Part shown: positions 26,678 through 35,390 of the stretch, piece after piece
How the letters are laid out: every line of letters begins with the position of its first letter
How positions within the stretch are numbered: the first letter of the stretch is position 1
DNA from: a virus
IMG/VR virus record: IMGVR_UViG_3300010381_000012
Strand: one strand, 5' to 3'
Length of the DNA: 64,000 bases
The notes under the pieces: model-generated
The model's input: only the letters and a program-made list of their open reading frames with translations
Told to the model about the DNA's origin: nothing
Databases searched by the model: none
Translations under genes and position numbers: made by a program

Positions 26678-27350
26678 ATTTCAGCGCTGCGACATCGAAA
26701 CGATCCAGCGCGACCAGATCCACGGCGCGCCGTACAACCCCCGCGTCATCAACGACGGCGCGAAGAAACGCTTGAAGAAGATGCTGCGGCAGCATGGGCT
26801 TGTGACCACGCTCGTCTGGAACAAGCGCACGGGAAACCTTGTCTCCGGCCACCAGCGGCTTGAAGCTCTCGACGCCCTAGAGGGGAGCCAAGACTACGCC
26901 CTACACGTGGCCGTCGTCGACGTGGATGCCAAGGAAGAGAAGAAACTCAACGTCCAGATGAACAATCCGTCCATGCAGGGCGAATGGGATTTGGACAAGC
27001 TGGCCGACATGGCCCTTGAAGACGACATCGGTTTTTCGGAGATGGGGTTTTCCGACGCTGATGCCGAGGTGCTTTTCGGCGGCGATTCCCGGCTTGCCGA
27101 CCTCTTCCATGACCCCGAAGAAGTGGCCGAGACGAAAGACACGCTGCGCGACATCAAGAAAGACCGTGCCGAAGCGACAGGGCGCTTAAAAGAGGCGCAA
27201 GGGGCCGGCTTTATCGTGACGGCTGTGGCTCAGGACGTGAACGAGAAAGAGGAGCTTTGCCGGGCGTTGGGCCTGCCGTCCTACGAGGAGTTTGTGCCGG
27301 CGGCTCTTATCCTGCGCAAGCTTGCGGCTGTTGGCGGCGCTGCGAAATGA
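26655..27350 (+). CDS. ParB/Srx N-terminal-domain protein
   Basis: YNPR..LVWNKRTGNLVSGHQRL. Confidence 0.9.
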   Translation: MSTPKISKFQRCDIETIQRDQIHGAPYNPRVINDGAKKRLKKMLRQHGLVTTLVWNKRTGNLVSGHQRLEALDALEGSQDYALHVAVVDVDAKEEKKLNVQMNNPSMQGEWDLDKLADMALEDDIGFSEMGFSDADAEVLFGGDSRLADLFHDPEEVAETKDTLRDIKKDRAEATGRLKEAQGAGFIVTAVAQDVNEKEELCRALGLPSYEEFVPAALILRKLAAVGGAAK

Positions 27351-27741
27351 ACTCCATGTGCGTGAAATCCTCGCTCGCTCCGGGCAACGGTCGCAAAAAC
27401 GGCGGCTCCAGGTTGAAGATGCGCTGCCGCCCCTTGACCGCGAACGGCTCGATTTCCCGCGCGTTGGCCAACACCCAGGCGAACCCGGCCGGGTTGGGCA
27501 TCTCATCGAGGCATGCCGCCGCCATGTCGCCAGCGACAAAGGGGCGCACGGCCACCAGTTCGACGACCGCCAGCGCATACCCACCCGGGGCCACGGCCCC
27601 CTCCTCCAGCAGGCAGTCCTTGGCGCTCGCGCAAATGAGCAGGTCGCCCCGGTGGCTGGTTTCCCACGAGCGGGCCTCGATGGTTTTTTCGCCCAAGGCG
27701 ACCAAAGAAGCCCAGGGCTGATAAATACTTATAGCTTTCAT
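27307..27741 (-). CDS. ASCH-domain protein
   Basis: AISIYQPWASLVALGEKTIEARSW. Confidence 0.92.
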   Translation of the reverse strand: MKAISIYQPWASLVALGEKTIEARSWETSHRGDLLICASAKDCLLEEGAVAPGGYALAVVELVAVRPFVAGDMAAACLDEMPNPAGFAWVLANAREIEPFAVKGRQRIFNLEPPFLRPLPGASEDFTHMEFISQRRQQPQACAG

Positions 27742-27747
27742 AAAAAG

Positions 27748-27776
27748 ACTATATCAAAATAAAGAAAGACTGTCAA
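27748..27776 (-). promoter_or_regulatory. Near-consensus sigma70 promoter for ASCH gene
   Basis: TTGACA (27776-71)-17-TATAGT (27753-48); predicted +1 coincides with the ATG. Confidence 0.7.
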
Positions 27777-28402
27777 TGCCAAGAAACCCAGATAAGAAGC
27801 GCTGCACAGCCACTTCCAAGCGGTCGGGTGAGCAGTGCAAAAACTGGGCTGTCCCTGGTAAAAACGTATGCCGGTTCCATGGCGGCAAAAGCAATGGCGC
27901 TCCTAAAAACAACAAAAACGCTCTCAAAACTGGAGCTTATGAGAGCATCCTTGTCGATACCATGGATGATGATGAAAAAAAGTATTTTGCATCCATACAG
28001 CCTGACCCACTCAAAGAGTGCGAAGAAAAGATAAGGCTCTTAAAAATTCGTGAACTGCGGATGATGCGACGGATTAAAGATTTGCGTGCCAAGGCGTCGC
28101 ATGGTGACAAGATGGCCATGGAGACGGTTGCTGCAAGTCAAACAAAGACGGAGACGACCAGCCAGGGCGGTGAAAAGACAACGGTCAAGTCGGCAACGGC
28201 GCAAACACGGTCGCCCGAGACGGCCATACTTGAGGTGGAAGAGGCGTTAACTCGGGTCCAAAATGAGCTAGGGCGTTGGGTGGATCGGTTGGCCAAGCTG
28301 CGGGCCGAGGGCGTTGGGGAAGACGAGAACGTGCCTGATCGGGTTGAAATCACAATTGTTGACGGGAGAAAGCCTTGTCCAGAACCGCAAAGCCAACCCT
28401 AA
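27776..28402 (+). CDS. terS: Terminase small subunit (HGGxSTG-type)
   Basis: RCTATSKRSGEQC..CRFHGGKS; precedes terL. Confidence 0.85.
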   Translation: MPRNPDKKRCTATSKRSGEQCKNWAVPGKNVCRFHGGKSNGAPKNNKNALKTGAYESILVDTMDDDEKKYFASIQPDPLKECEEKIRLLKIRELRMMRRIKDLRAKASHGDKMAMETVAASQTKTETTSQGGEKTTVKSATAQTRSPETAILEVEEALTRVQNELGRWVDRLAKLRAEGVGEDENVPDRVEITIVDGRKPCPEPQSQP

Positions 28403-29685
28403 ACTCTCCACAGTGGGATTTCTTGTCGCTGCCGCACAAATTCCGCGCCTTTGTGGGCGGGTTCGGGAGCGGGAAAACATATACGGGCTGTTCTGGTATG
28501 GCACGGCATTTCTGGGATTTCCCGGGTGTCCCATGCGGATACTTTGCGCCGACCTACCCCCAGATACGGGACATTTTTTACCCGACAGTCGAAGAATGTT
28601 TTGAGACATGGGGCCTGCGTACAGTCGTCAGAACTGGTACACACGAGGTAGATGTTTTTAAGGGCAGACGCAGTATAGGGAAAATCATTTGCCGCTCCAT
28701 GGACAATCCAGGGTCGATCATTGGTTTTAAGATAGGCCGCGCTCTTGTTGACGAATTGGACGTGTTGCCAACGGAAAAAGCCAAGCACGCTTGGAGAAAG
28801 ATCCTTGCCCGTCTGCGCTTCACCTCGCCAGGGTTAAAGAACGGCGTCGACGTGACAACAACCCCTGAAGGTTTCAGGTTTGTTCATGAGCAATTCGTCA
28901 AGGCCCCAAGAGGGAATGCGGCGCTACAGGCCCTTTATGGGCTTGTTCATGCTTCCACATATGACAATGAAGTCAACCTGCCGGAAGATTACATCCACTC
29001 CCTGCTTCAATCTTATCCTCCGCAGTTGATCGACGCCTACATAAACGGGAAATTTGTCAATCTCCAGACCGGCACGGTCTACATTGCTTATGACCGCGTG
29101 AAAAATGGCTGCACCGATATGCTCCAAGACGGTGAAGCCCTCTTCATCGGCATGGATTTCAATGTCGGGAAAATGGCCGCCGTCGTCCATGTGAAGCGCG
29201 ATGGTCTGCCCAGGGCCGTGGATGAGATTGTGGGGGGCTATGACACGCCCGACATGATCCGCCGGCTCAAGGAGCGCTTTTGGCGCTTCGACGGGCACAC
29301 CTATCAGCAGACGCGCCAGATTCGGGTTTACCCCGATGCCTCGGGCGATTCCCGGAAGTCGGTGAATGCCTCAGCCACCGACCTCGCCTTGCTCCGACAG
29401 GCCGGCTTCATTGTGTGCGCCCCTGCCGCGAATCCGCCTGTCAAGGACCGCGTGAACTCCATGAACGCGATGTTTCTCAACGCGAAGGGTGAGCGCCGCT
29501 ACCTCGTGAATGCCAACACCTGCCCGGCCTATGCCGACGCCCTGGAGCAACAGGCTTGGGCGACGAATGGAGAGCCGGACAAGACGACGGGACATGACCA
29601 CCCGGTCGATGCCGCCGGCTACTTCATCCACAAGGACTATCCGTTGGTTAAGCCCACCTTCTCCACCACCGAACTCCTCCTGTGA
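28375..29685 (+). CDS. terL: Terminase large subunit
   Basis: GGFGSGKT; VDE; GMDFN; YPDASG; HDHPVDA. Confidence 0.95.
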   Translation: MSRTAKPTLNSPQWDFLSLPHKFRAFVGGFGSGKTYTGCSGMARHFWDFPGVPCGYFAPTYPQIRDIFYPTVEECFETWGLRTVVRTGTHEVDVFKGRRSIGKIICRSMDNPGSIIGFKIGRALVDELDVLPTEKAKHAWRKILARLRFTSPGLKNGVDVTTTPEGFRFVHEQFVKAPRGNAALQALYGLVHASTYDNEVNLPEDYIHSLLQSYPPQLIDAYINGKFVNLQTGTVYIAYDRVKNGCTDMLQDGEALFIGMDFNVGKMAAVVHVKRDGLPRAVDEIVGGYDTPDMIRRLKERFWRFDGHTYQQTRQIRVYPDASGDSRKSVNASATDLALLRQAGFIVCAPAANPPVKDRVNSMNAMFLNAKGERRYLVNANTCPAYADALEQQAWATNGEPDKTTGHDHPVDAAGYFIHKDYPLVKPTFSTTELLL

Positions 29686-29693
29686 GGTTTGCC

Positions 29694-31196
29694 ATGTCCG
29701 ATACCAAGAAAGCCAACGTCAACACCCCTTCTTTCGCCTACAACGCCATGGAGCAGGCCCGGGAACTCCCCCGCACCCTCATGGGCGGCACGAGGGCCAT
29801 GCGCGAGGCCGGGCAGAAGTACCTTCCCCAGGAGCCGGCCGAAAGCGTCGAGGCCTATGACATCCGGCGGGAACGGTCGACCCTCTTCAACGCCTACAAG
29901 CAGGCGGTCCTCGATTATGTGGGCAAGGTGTTCTCGAAGCCCATTCACCCCAAGGAGGACGTCCCTGACGAGATCAGGGGATGGCTCGAGAACGTGGATC
30001 TGGCCGGGAACGACCTGAATGCTTTCGCCAAGGAGGTGTTCAAGGACGCTTCCTACGGCGTCTCCTACATCCTCGTCGATTTCCCGCGAATCCCTGCCGG
30101 CAGGAACTTGGAGGAAGAGCGCAAGGCCGGGGCCCGGCCCTATTGCGTCCACGTCCCCTGTCAAAACCTTATTGGCTGGAAGTCGGCGCGGATCGGCGGG
30201 GTGGAGACGTTGACTCAGGTCCGCATCCGGGAAACGAACGTGGAGGATGATGGGGAATGGGGGGAAAAGACCGTCAACCGGGTACGGGTACTGGATTTGA
30301 AGGATGGAGTTTGCACGTTCACGGTCTGGGAGGAGCAGCACAGCGCCACGGAAGGAAACACGTGGAAGATTAACCCAGACCTTTCCGGCGCCATGTCCAT
30401 CGGCTTCATCCCTATCGTGGCCGTCTATACCGAACGCACGGGCTTCATGTCCGGCGAACCGCCGCTTTCCGATCTGGCCGATCTAAACGCGCAGCACTGG
30501 CGGTCATCGAGCGACCAGGAAAACATCCTGCATGTAGCCCGGGTGCCGATCCTCTTCGGGAGCGGATTTCCAGAAGATGGTGGATCGCAAATGAATGTTG
30601 GAGCCGGTAGCTTCACCAAGACGCCGAGCGATACCGCCAAGCTCCAATATGTCGAGCACTCCGGGGCGGCCATCGAATCGGGCCGCGTCAGCATCCAGGA
30701 CATCGAGGACCGTATGGCCAAGGTGGCCATGGATCCTATGGTGCGCCGGCCGGGGACGGTGACGGCTACCGAAACCAGCGTCGGCACGGCCAAGGCGAGT
30801 TGCCCGCTCCAGGCTTGGGCCTGGGGGCTCCAGGATTCGCTTGAACTTACGCTGCAATACATGGGGGCATGGGTGGGAATCGCACCCGATGATTGCGGGG
30901 GCTTGGACGTGAATAGCGACTTTGGCCTGTCCATCACCGACATGACCCTGGCCGAGATGACCCAGGCGTATCAGGCCGGCCTGCTCTCGCGTCAAACTAT
31001 CTGGGCCGAGCTGCAGCGCAGGGGCCGGCTGTCGGACGACTTCGATGCCGAGGAAGAAATGGACCGCCTCATGACCGAGGCTCGCGACGGGACGATTCAG
31101 TCCGCGGCTACTCGGTTTCTGAATCCGGGTCTGGCTCCGGGAACCCCTCCAACTCCCGCTTCGGGCCCTCAACCCGGCCAAGGGGAACCTGCGTGA
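29694..31196 (+). CDS. Portal protein (DUF4055 type)
   Basis: YLPQEPAES..R..RSTLFNAY; PPLSDLADLNAQHW. Confidence 0.9.
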   Translation: MSDTKKANVNTPSFAYNAMEQARELPRTLMGGTRAMREAGQKYLPQEPAESVEAYDIRRERSTLFNAYKQAVLDYVGKVFSKPIHPKEDVPDEIRGWLENVDLAGNDLNAFAKEVFKDASYGVSYILVDFPRIPAGRNLEEERKAGARPYCVHVPCQNLIGWKSARIGGVETLTQVRIRETNVEDDGEWGEKTVNRVRVLDLKDGVCTFTVWEEQHSATEGNTWKINPDLSGAMSIGFIPIVAVYTERTGFMSGEPPLSDLADLNAQHWRSSSDQENILHVARVPILFGSGFPEDGGSQMNVGAGSFTKTPSDTAKLQYVEHSGAAIESGRVSIQDIEDRMAKVAMDPMVRRPGTVTATETSVGTAKASCPLQAWAWGLQDSLELTLQYMGAWVGIAPDDCGGLDVNSDFGLSITDMTLAEMTQAYQAGLLSRQTIWAELQRRGRLSDDFDAEEEMDRLMTEARDGTIQSAATRFLNPGLAPGTPPTPASGPQPGQGEPA

Positions 31197-31361
31197 GCTC
31201 GCGGAGCGTCAACGCTTTCCCGAGTGCGATCAACCGTTGCCGGTGCGGAAGTGATAAGTCGACGCGCATGATGCCGTTGCGGTCGTCCTCGATCTTTTGG
31301 GCGAATAGCTTCCGGCGCCGTTCTCGCTCTTCTTCGCGTGTGGGCATGGGGGCGGCATAGC

Positions 31362-32486
31362 ATGGGAGAACAGACCGGACAACAGCTTTACGACCTGTAT
31401 GAATGGGCCAGGGCCACGGCCTGGCGGTACAATCTGGACCTCTTTGAAGCGGAAGCCCTTCAAGCGATCTTGGCCACCCTCGACAAAGGGCGGCGCGAGA
31501 TCATGCGCGAGTTTCAGGCCCGCTATGCCAACGCGAACCTTTCCGACTGGCAGGAGTCCCGGCTTGAATCCCTGCTCTACGAGATGGAGGATTTAACCGC
31601 GGGCGTCCGGTCGGAGCTCACGCAGCAGTACACCACCATGTCCGTCACGGTTGCGGCGCCCTCGATCACCGAGACGGTGGGGGCACTGTCCGTGGCCGGG
31701 CTGGCCAAGGGCGTGAACAACGTGGCGCTGTCCTCGGCTCAGCTTCGGGCCTTCTTTCAGGAAACGCCCTTGGGCGGCCGGCTGATCCAGGGATGGGTTG
31801 ACCGGAGCTTTTCCTACAGCGTCCAGGGCCAGATTCGGCAGGCCATCAACGTGGGTGTTTTGCGGGGCGAAGGCTATCTCGGGCTGGTGCGGCGTGTCGA
31901 AGACGGGTTCGGCATGGCGCGACAGGACGCGGTGACGCTGACGCGGACGTTTGTGAGCGCGGCCAACAATCAGGCCCGGGATATGGTCTACAAGGCCAAT
32001 TCCGACGTGGTCCGGGGCTGGAGGTGGATGACGGCCGGCGACAATCGCGTTTGCCCCATTTGCCTGGCTCTTCATGGGCGCGAGTTTAAGCTGGGGGAAG
32101 GTCCGGAAACTCCGATCCATCCCCGGTGCCGATGTGTAAAATTGCCCCGTACAATCACTTTCCGCGAGCTCGGCATCCCCATCGACGAAATGAAGCGCGA
32201 GGCGGACCGCTGGGTCATTCGCGGCCGCAAAGACTACGACGGCGAAATCCTGGTCCGGGGCGTGCATGAGGGGGGTAAGGACAAGACCTTGCGCGTGGGC
32301 CGCTACGCCACGGCTGACGACTGGTTTGGCGACCTCTCCGGCGCGGAGAAGCGGTCTACCAGCCTGGGCCCGGGGCGAGTGAAGCTACTTGAAGACGGCC
32401 GGATCAAGATGCAGGATCTTGTGGGGCTGGATTATCAGCCCAGAACCTTGAAGCAACTGGAGGCGCTTGCCAATGTCCGCTCATGA
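31362..32486 (+). CDS. MuF/SPP1 gp7-like minor head protein
   Basis: WRWMTAGDNRVCPICLALHG..PIHPRCRC. Confidence 0.92.
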   Translation: MGEQTGQQLYDLYEWARATAWRYNLDLFEAEALQAILATLDKGRREIMREFQARYANANLSDWQESRLESLLYEMEDLTAGVRSELTQQYTTMSVTVAAPSITETVGALSVAGLAKGVNNVALSSAQLRAFFQETPLGGRLIQGWVDRSFSYSVQGQIRQAINVGVLRGEGYLGLVRRVEDGFGMARQDAVTLTRTFVSAANNQARDMVYKANSDVVRGWRWMTAGDNRVCPICLALHGREFKLGEGPETPIHPRCRCVKLPRTITFRELGIPIDEMKREADRWVIRGRKDYDGEILVRGVHEGGKDKTLRVGRYATADDWFGDLSGAEKRSTSLGPGRVKLLEDGRIKMQDLVGLDYQPRTLKQLEALANVRS

Positions 32487-32727
32487 CGACCTCACCCGCA
32501 AACGTCTCGCCATAGCCGCCTTTCACAATGCAACGGCGGATCATCTGGAGCGTCAGGCCGTGGGCCTCTTCCGCCAATCCGGCGCGTCTCGGGCGGCAGC
32601 GAACCACGCGGCGGTGATGCCGGCGGAAGAGGTGGAGAAGGTGTTCCCGCTGGTCATGACCGCCATTGAAGAAGAGAAGCAGAAAAGGGCATTGGCGGGG
32701 ATGGAGGTGGAGAAAAGAGCAAATTAA
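32473..32727 (+). CDS. Hypothetical protein
   Basis: GGAGG RBS; overlaps MuF stop. Confidence 0.6.
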   Translation: MSAHDDLTRKRLAIAAFHNATADHLERQAVGLFRQSGASRAAANHAAVMPAEEVEKVFPLVMTAIEEEKQKRALAGMEVEKRAN

Positions 32728-32742
32728 TACAGACACTCTATC

Positions 32743-33150
32743 TTAGAGCACCCTCGGGAGTCTTTTCTCTGCGGGAATCTTTGTATGCTCGACGGCCATC
32801 TCACAAGACACGCATACATAAAAATATTCATCTTTCGTCATTTGGCATGTCTTTCCATATTTGTCATGACATCGCGCACAAAACGGTCCAACATTCTCCC
32901 CTCTCTCGTTTTTAGACCAATAAACTCCACCTTCAAAAAAAAGAGAATTTTTTTCCTCAATCTTTTTCTTAAGTTCGAAATTTTCTTGCCGAAGATTGGC
33001 ATTTTGATTCCGAAAATCGAGGAGTATTTCCTTAAGCTCCATAATCTTTTCTTGAGCCTGAATGGTCATGCCCTTTTGGACAAGGTCGCTAAGGGTGGAC
33101 AGCGCGATCTTTATATCGGAACCGCTAATCATTTCTCCATCCTCCAACAA
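32743..33150 (-). CDS. AT-rich coiled-coil + Zn-finger moron protein
   Basis: GPFCARCHD..YVCVSC; AT-rich codons. Confidence 0.75.
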   Translation of the reverse strand: MLEDGEMISGSDIKIALSTLSDLVQKGMTIQAQEKIMELKEILLDFRNQNANLRQENFELKKKIEEKNSLFFEGGVYWSKNERGENVGPFCARCHDKYGKTCQMTKDEYFYVCVSCEMAVEHTKIPAEKRLPRVL

Positions 33151-33446
33151 GGGCTTTGGCGTACTGCCGATCGTGCTCTAGTCCAGCCTTCACCATCTCG
33201 GCATATTCTAGTAGTTGTTCTTCGTAGGTTTTATATGCCCTACGCCCAAATCGAAGCCTCTTCGCCTATCCACCGCGCGTTGAGCTTCGACGCCGCATCA
33301 TTCCCGTTCTGCGGCAGATTGGCGAAAGAGTCGCCGGCAACGACTTTCGAGCCGAAAACAAGGGATATGTCGTGGGTCATTTTTCAATTTCCTTGAGTTG
33401 TGATTTTATAAACTCTGCAAACTCTGGACTATTTTCAATTATGGTA

Positions 33447-33701
33447 TTATTCAGCAGCCCTTCCAGGTGCGGATTTTTCATCTAAGACTTGCTTGATATT
33501 ATCTTCCGAAAACACAATTTGTTTCCCGTTTTTGTCAACCACTCCCTTCCACGCGACGATGGCCCCCGATCTTGCGGGAGGGGTGAGTTTTCTAACCTTG
33601 CAGGTCGTCCCCCCAATTTCTACATCGACATATAAGTCTTTTGGCTCTTTCATCTTTACCACCATAGCATCCGTGGGGGGGTGTTGAAGGTTATTTACCA
33701 C
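33447..33701 (-). CDS. Hypothetical protein
   Basis: AT-rich coupled ORF. Confidence 0.5.
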   Translation of the reverse strand: MVNNLQHPPTDAMVVKMKEPKDLYVDVEIGGTTCKVRKLTPPARSGAIVAWKGVVDKNGKQIVFSEDNIKQVLDEKSAPGRAAE

Positions 33702-33873
33702 CGTATCGGTTCTGTGTCATCCACTTTTCAACTATAGCCACCGCTTTGTTGTGGATATCAACAGGGAGTTGGCGGTACAGCGCATCGCAAGCCCAATTAA
33801 AATAGCTGTCTGAGACTTCCCCGATAGAAACAAGCTGATCCACTGAAGAGACTGTTTTATTTTCGTGCTTCAT
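33691..33873 (-). CDS. Hypothetical protein
   Basis: ATGA coupled. Confidence 0.5.
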   Translation of the reverse strand: MKHENKTVSSVDQLVSIGEVSDSYFNWACDALYRQLPVDIHNKAVAIVEKWMTQNRYGGK

Positions 33874-34331
33874 TTCCCCATCCTCCTCCCCTCACAAATC
33901 CCTCGCCCTGGCGCAGGCTCCATCCCCGCTGGCATGTACCGCCGATATTGGTCCCTCGGGAGCTCCTTCGGACAAATCACGTTGTCGGTCGATATCCCGG
34001 CCGCTGTCGCTTCGGGTAGGGTCCCGGGGAGAACCGGCGACGTGACGACGATCCGGCCCATGTAGCCGCCCTGGGGGCCGTAGACGGCAGCGGATTGAGC
34101 GAAGGCCAGCCCGGCCAGGAGCGCCACCAGAAGCAGCCCGGCCAAGGCTGGCAGCAGGCACCCGAACGTCGTCCGGTTGTAAGGCCGGTTGTAGGCCGCC
34201 TTCTTCGGGTTCGTCAGCCATCCCCAGCCACGCGGGGCCTTGAGGCCTAGGGAATGACGAATGAACCGGGCCGGCGACGTGCGGGCCGCGATGCGCTTGC
34301 GGAGGGAAGGGACGCGGAAGCCGATTTTCAT
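33870..34331 (-). CDS. Conserved basic phage protein with TM segment
   Basis: MKIGFRVPSLRKRIAARTS..GWLTNPKKAAYN. Confidence 0.75.
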   Translation of the reverse strand: MKIGFRVPSLRKRIAARTSPARFIRHSLGLKAPRGWGWLTNPKKAAYNRPYNRTTFGCLLPALAGLLLVALLAGLAFAQSAAVYGPQGGYMGRIVVTSPVLPGTLPEATAAGISTDNVICPKELPRDQYRRYMPAGMEPAPGRGICEGRRMGK

Positions 34332-34708
34332 GATATCACCAACGGGCGCAGTGGATGATAGAGATTATCTAAGTCCTCGGACCTGTTTAGGCTTTCAAAC
34401 CAATCGGCAATACCTTTCTCGCCAAACTCCTGTGTTATCTTTGCCATTTTCGTTTGAAGTCGCCTCTCCATTTCGGACATAGAGGCTGCGTCTGGTGTTT
34501 CTCCTTCCCAAGACACAAGAAACGGCTTCCCCTGTTCCCATGGCACCCAGTCATCGGCCACGGAAAGCGTTCCGAGAATAGTCCCGACTAGCCCGCCCTT
34601 GAGGATTGCCCGTCTGGTCTGTCCCACCGCAGCCCTCTTGTATATCCTGAACGCCTTCAAAGTCTGTCCGGGCCGTCTTTTTATTCTGGGGGAATGGTCT
34701 TGTTTCAT
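34328..34708 (-). CDS. Hypothetical protein
   Basis: 126 aa coupled ORF. Confidence 0.55.
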   Translation of the reverse strand: MKQDHSPRIKRRPGQTLKAFRIYKRAAVGQTRRAILKGGLVGTILGTLSVADDWVPWEQGKPFLVSWEGETPDAASMSEMERRLQTKMAKITQEFGEKGIADWFESLNRSEDLDNLYHPLRPLVIS

Positions 34709-34712
34709 ATTA

Positions 34713-34931
34713 TCACCTTGGAAGGGCGTTCCATCTCAACGCCAGTAACGCCAGCTTGTCCTCGTAGTCGGCATCCTCAGGAGAGGTTACACCGCCGATG
34801 AGTCCATATCCACAGGTCGAACACGAAATGGAAATCTCTTCCTCGTAAGCGAATCCGGGCTCGGAGATTTCGCGCGACCCTTGGAAGACGCTGTCGCTTT
34901 TACACCACGGGCATGGTTTGGGTTGGTCCAC
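34713..34931 (-). CDS. Second Lar-like zinc-ribbon protein
   Basis: PKPCPWC..ISCSTCG..WNALPR. Confidence 0.7.
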   Translation of the reverse strand: MDQPKPCPWCKSDSVFQGSREISEPGFAYEEEISISCSTCGYGLIGGVTSPEDADYEDKLALLALRWNALPR

Positions 34932-34954
34932 TTTTCCCGCCCTCCGATTTAGCT

Positions 34955-35386
34955 CTATTTTACTTCACCCGTCTCGTCTTTTCCAGGGCCAAGACATCCA
35001 GTCCCGAGAAAATGCGCGCCGGGGAATACGCCCTTTGCCCTCGGCCTCCCCGCCTTGACCGGTCGCCATCGCTCCACCTCGCCCAAGGGCACGAAGTGCG
35101 TTTTGCCGACCTTGACCGCACGGATGTAGTCCCGGGCTATCTGCTGCTGTACCGCCTGCCGGGTCAGGTCGAGAATCACGGCCACCCGGGCCACGGGGAG
35201 CATGCCGCCCTGGGGACCCTCCGGCCAGCCGGCTAGGTAGTCGCGGCAGGTCCGGGCGTCGGCCAGGGTGGCGCACTCGTTGGCCTGCCATTCGGCCACA
35301 GTATAGGCGGCCGGACGGCCGTCGGGGCCGGGGGCGTCCGGCGCGATGTCGGAGCCCCCGAGAATCTTGGTGATGAGGTCGTGCAT
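34955..35386 (-). CDS. Excisionase-like HTH protein
   Basis: LPVARVAVILDLTRQAVQQQIARDYIRAVKVG. Confidence 0.75.
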   Translation of the reverse strand: MHDLITKILGGSDIAPDAPGPDGRPAAYTVAEWQANECATLADARTCRDYLAGWPEGPQGGMLPVARVAVILDLTRQAVQQQIARDYIRAVKVGKTHFVPLGEVERWRPVKAGRPRAKGVFPGAHFLGTGCLGPGKDETGEVK

Positions 35387-35390
35387 TCGG

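Noticed and set aside
31108-31360. Small gene between portal and MuF (minus 79 aa or plus 55 aa)
   Set aside because: Two competing frames, neither with a motif or convincing RBS.
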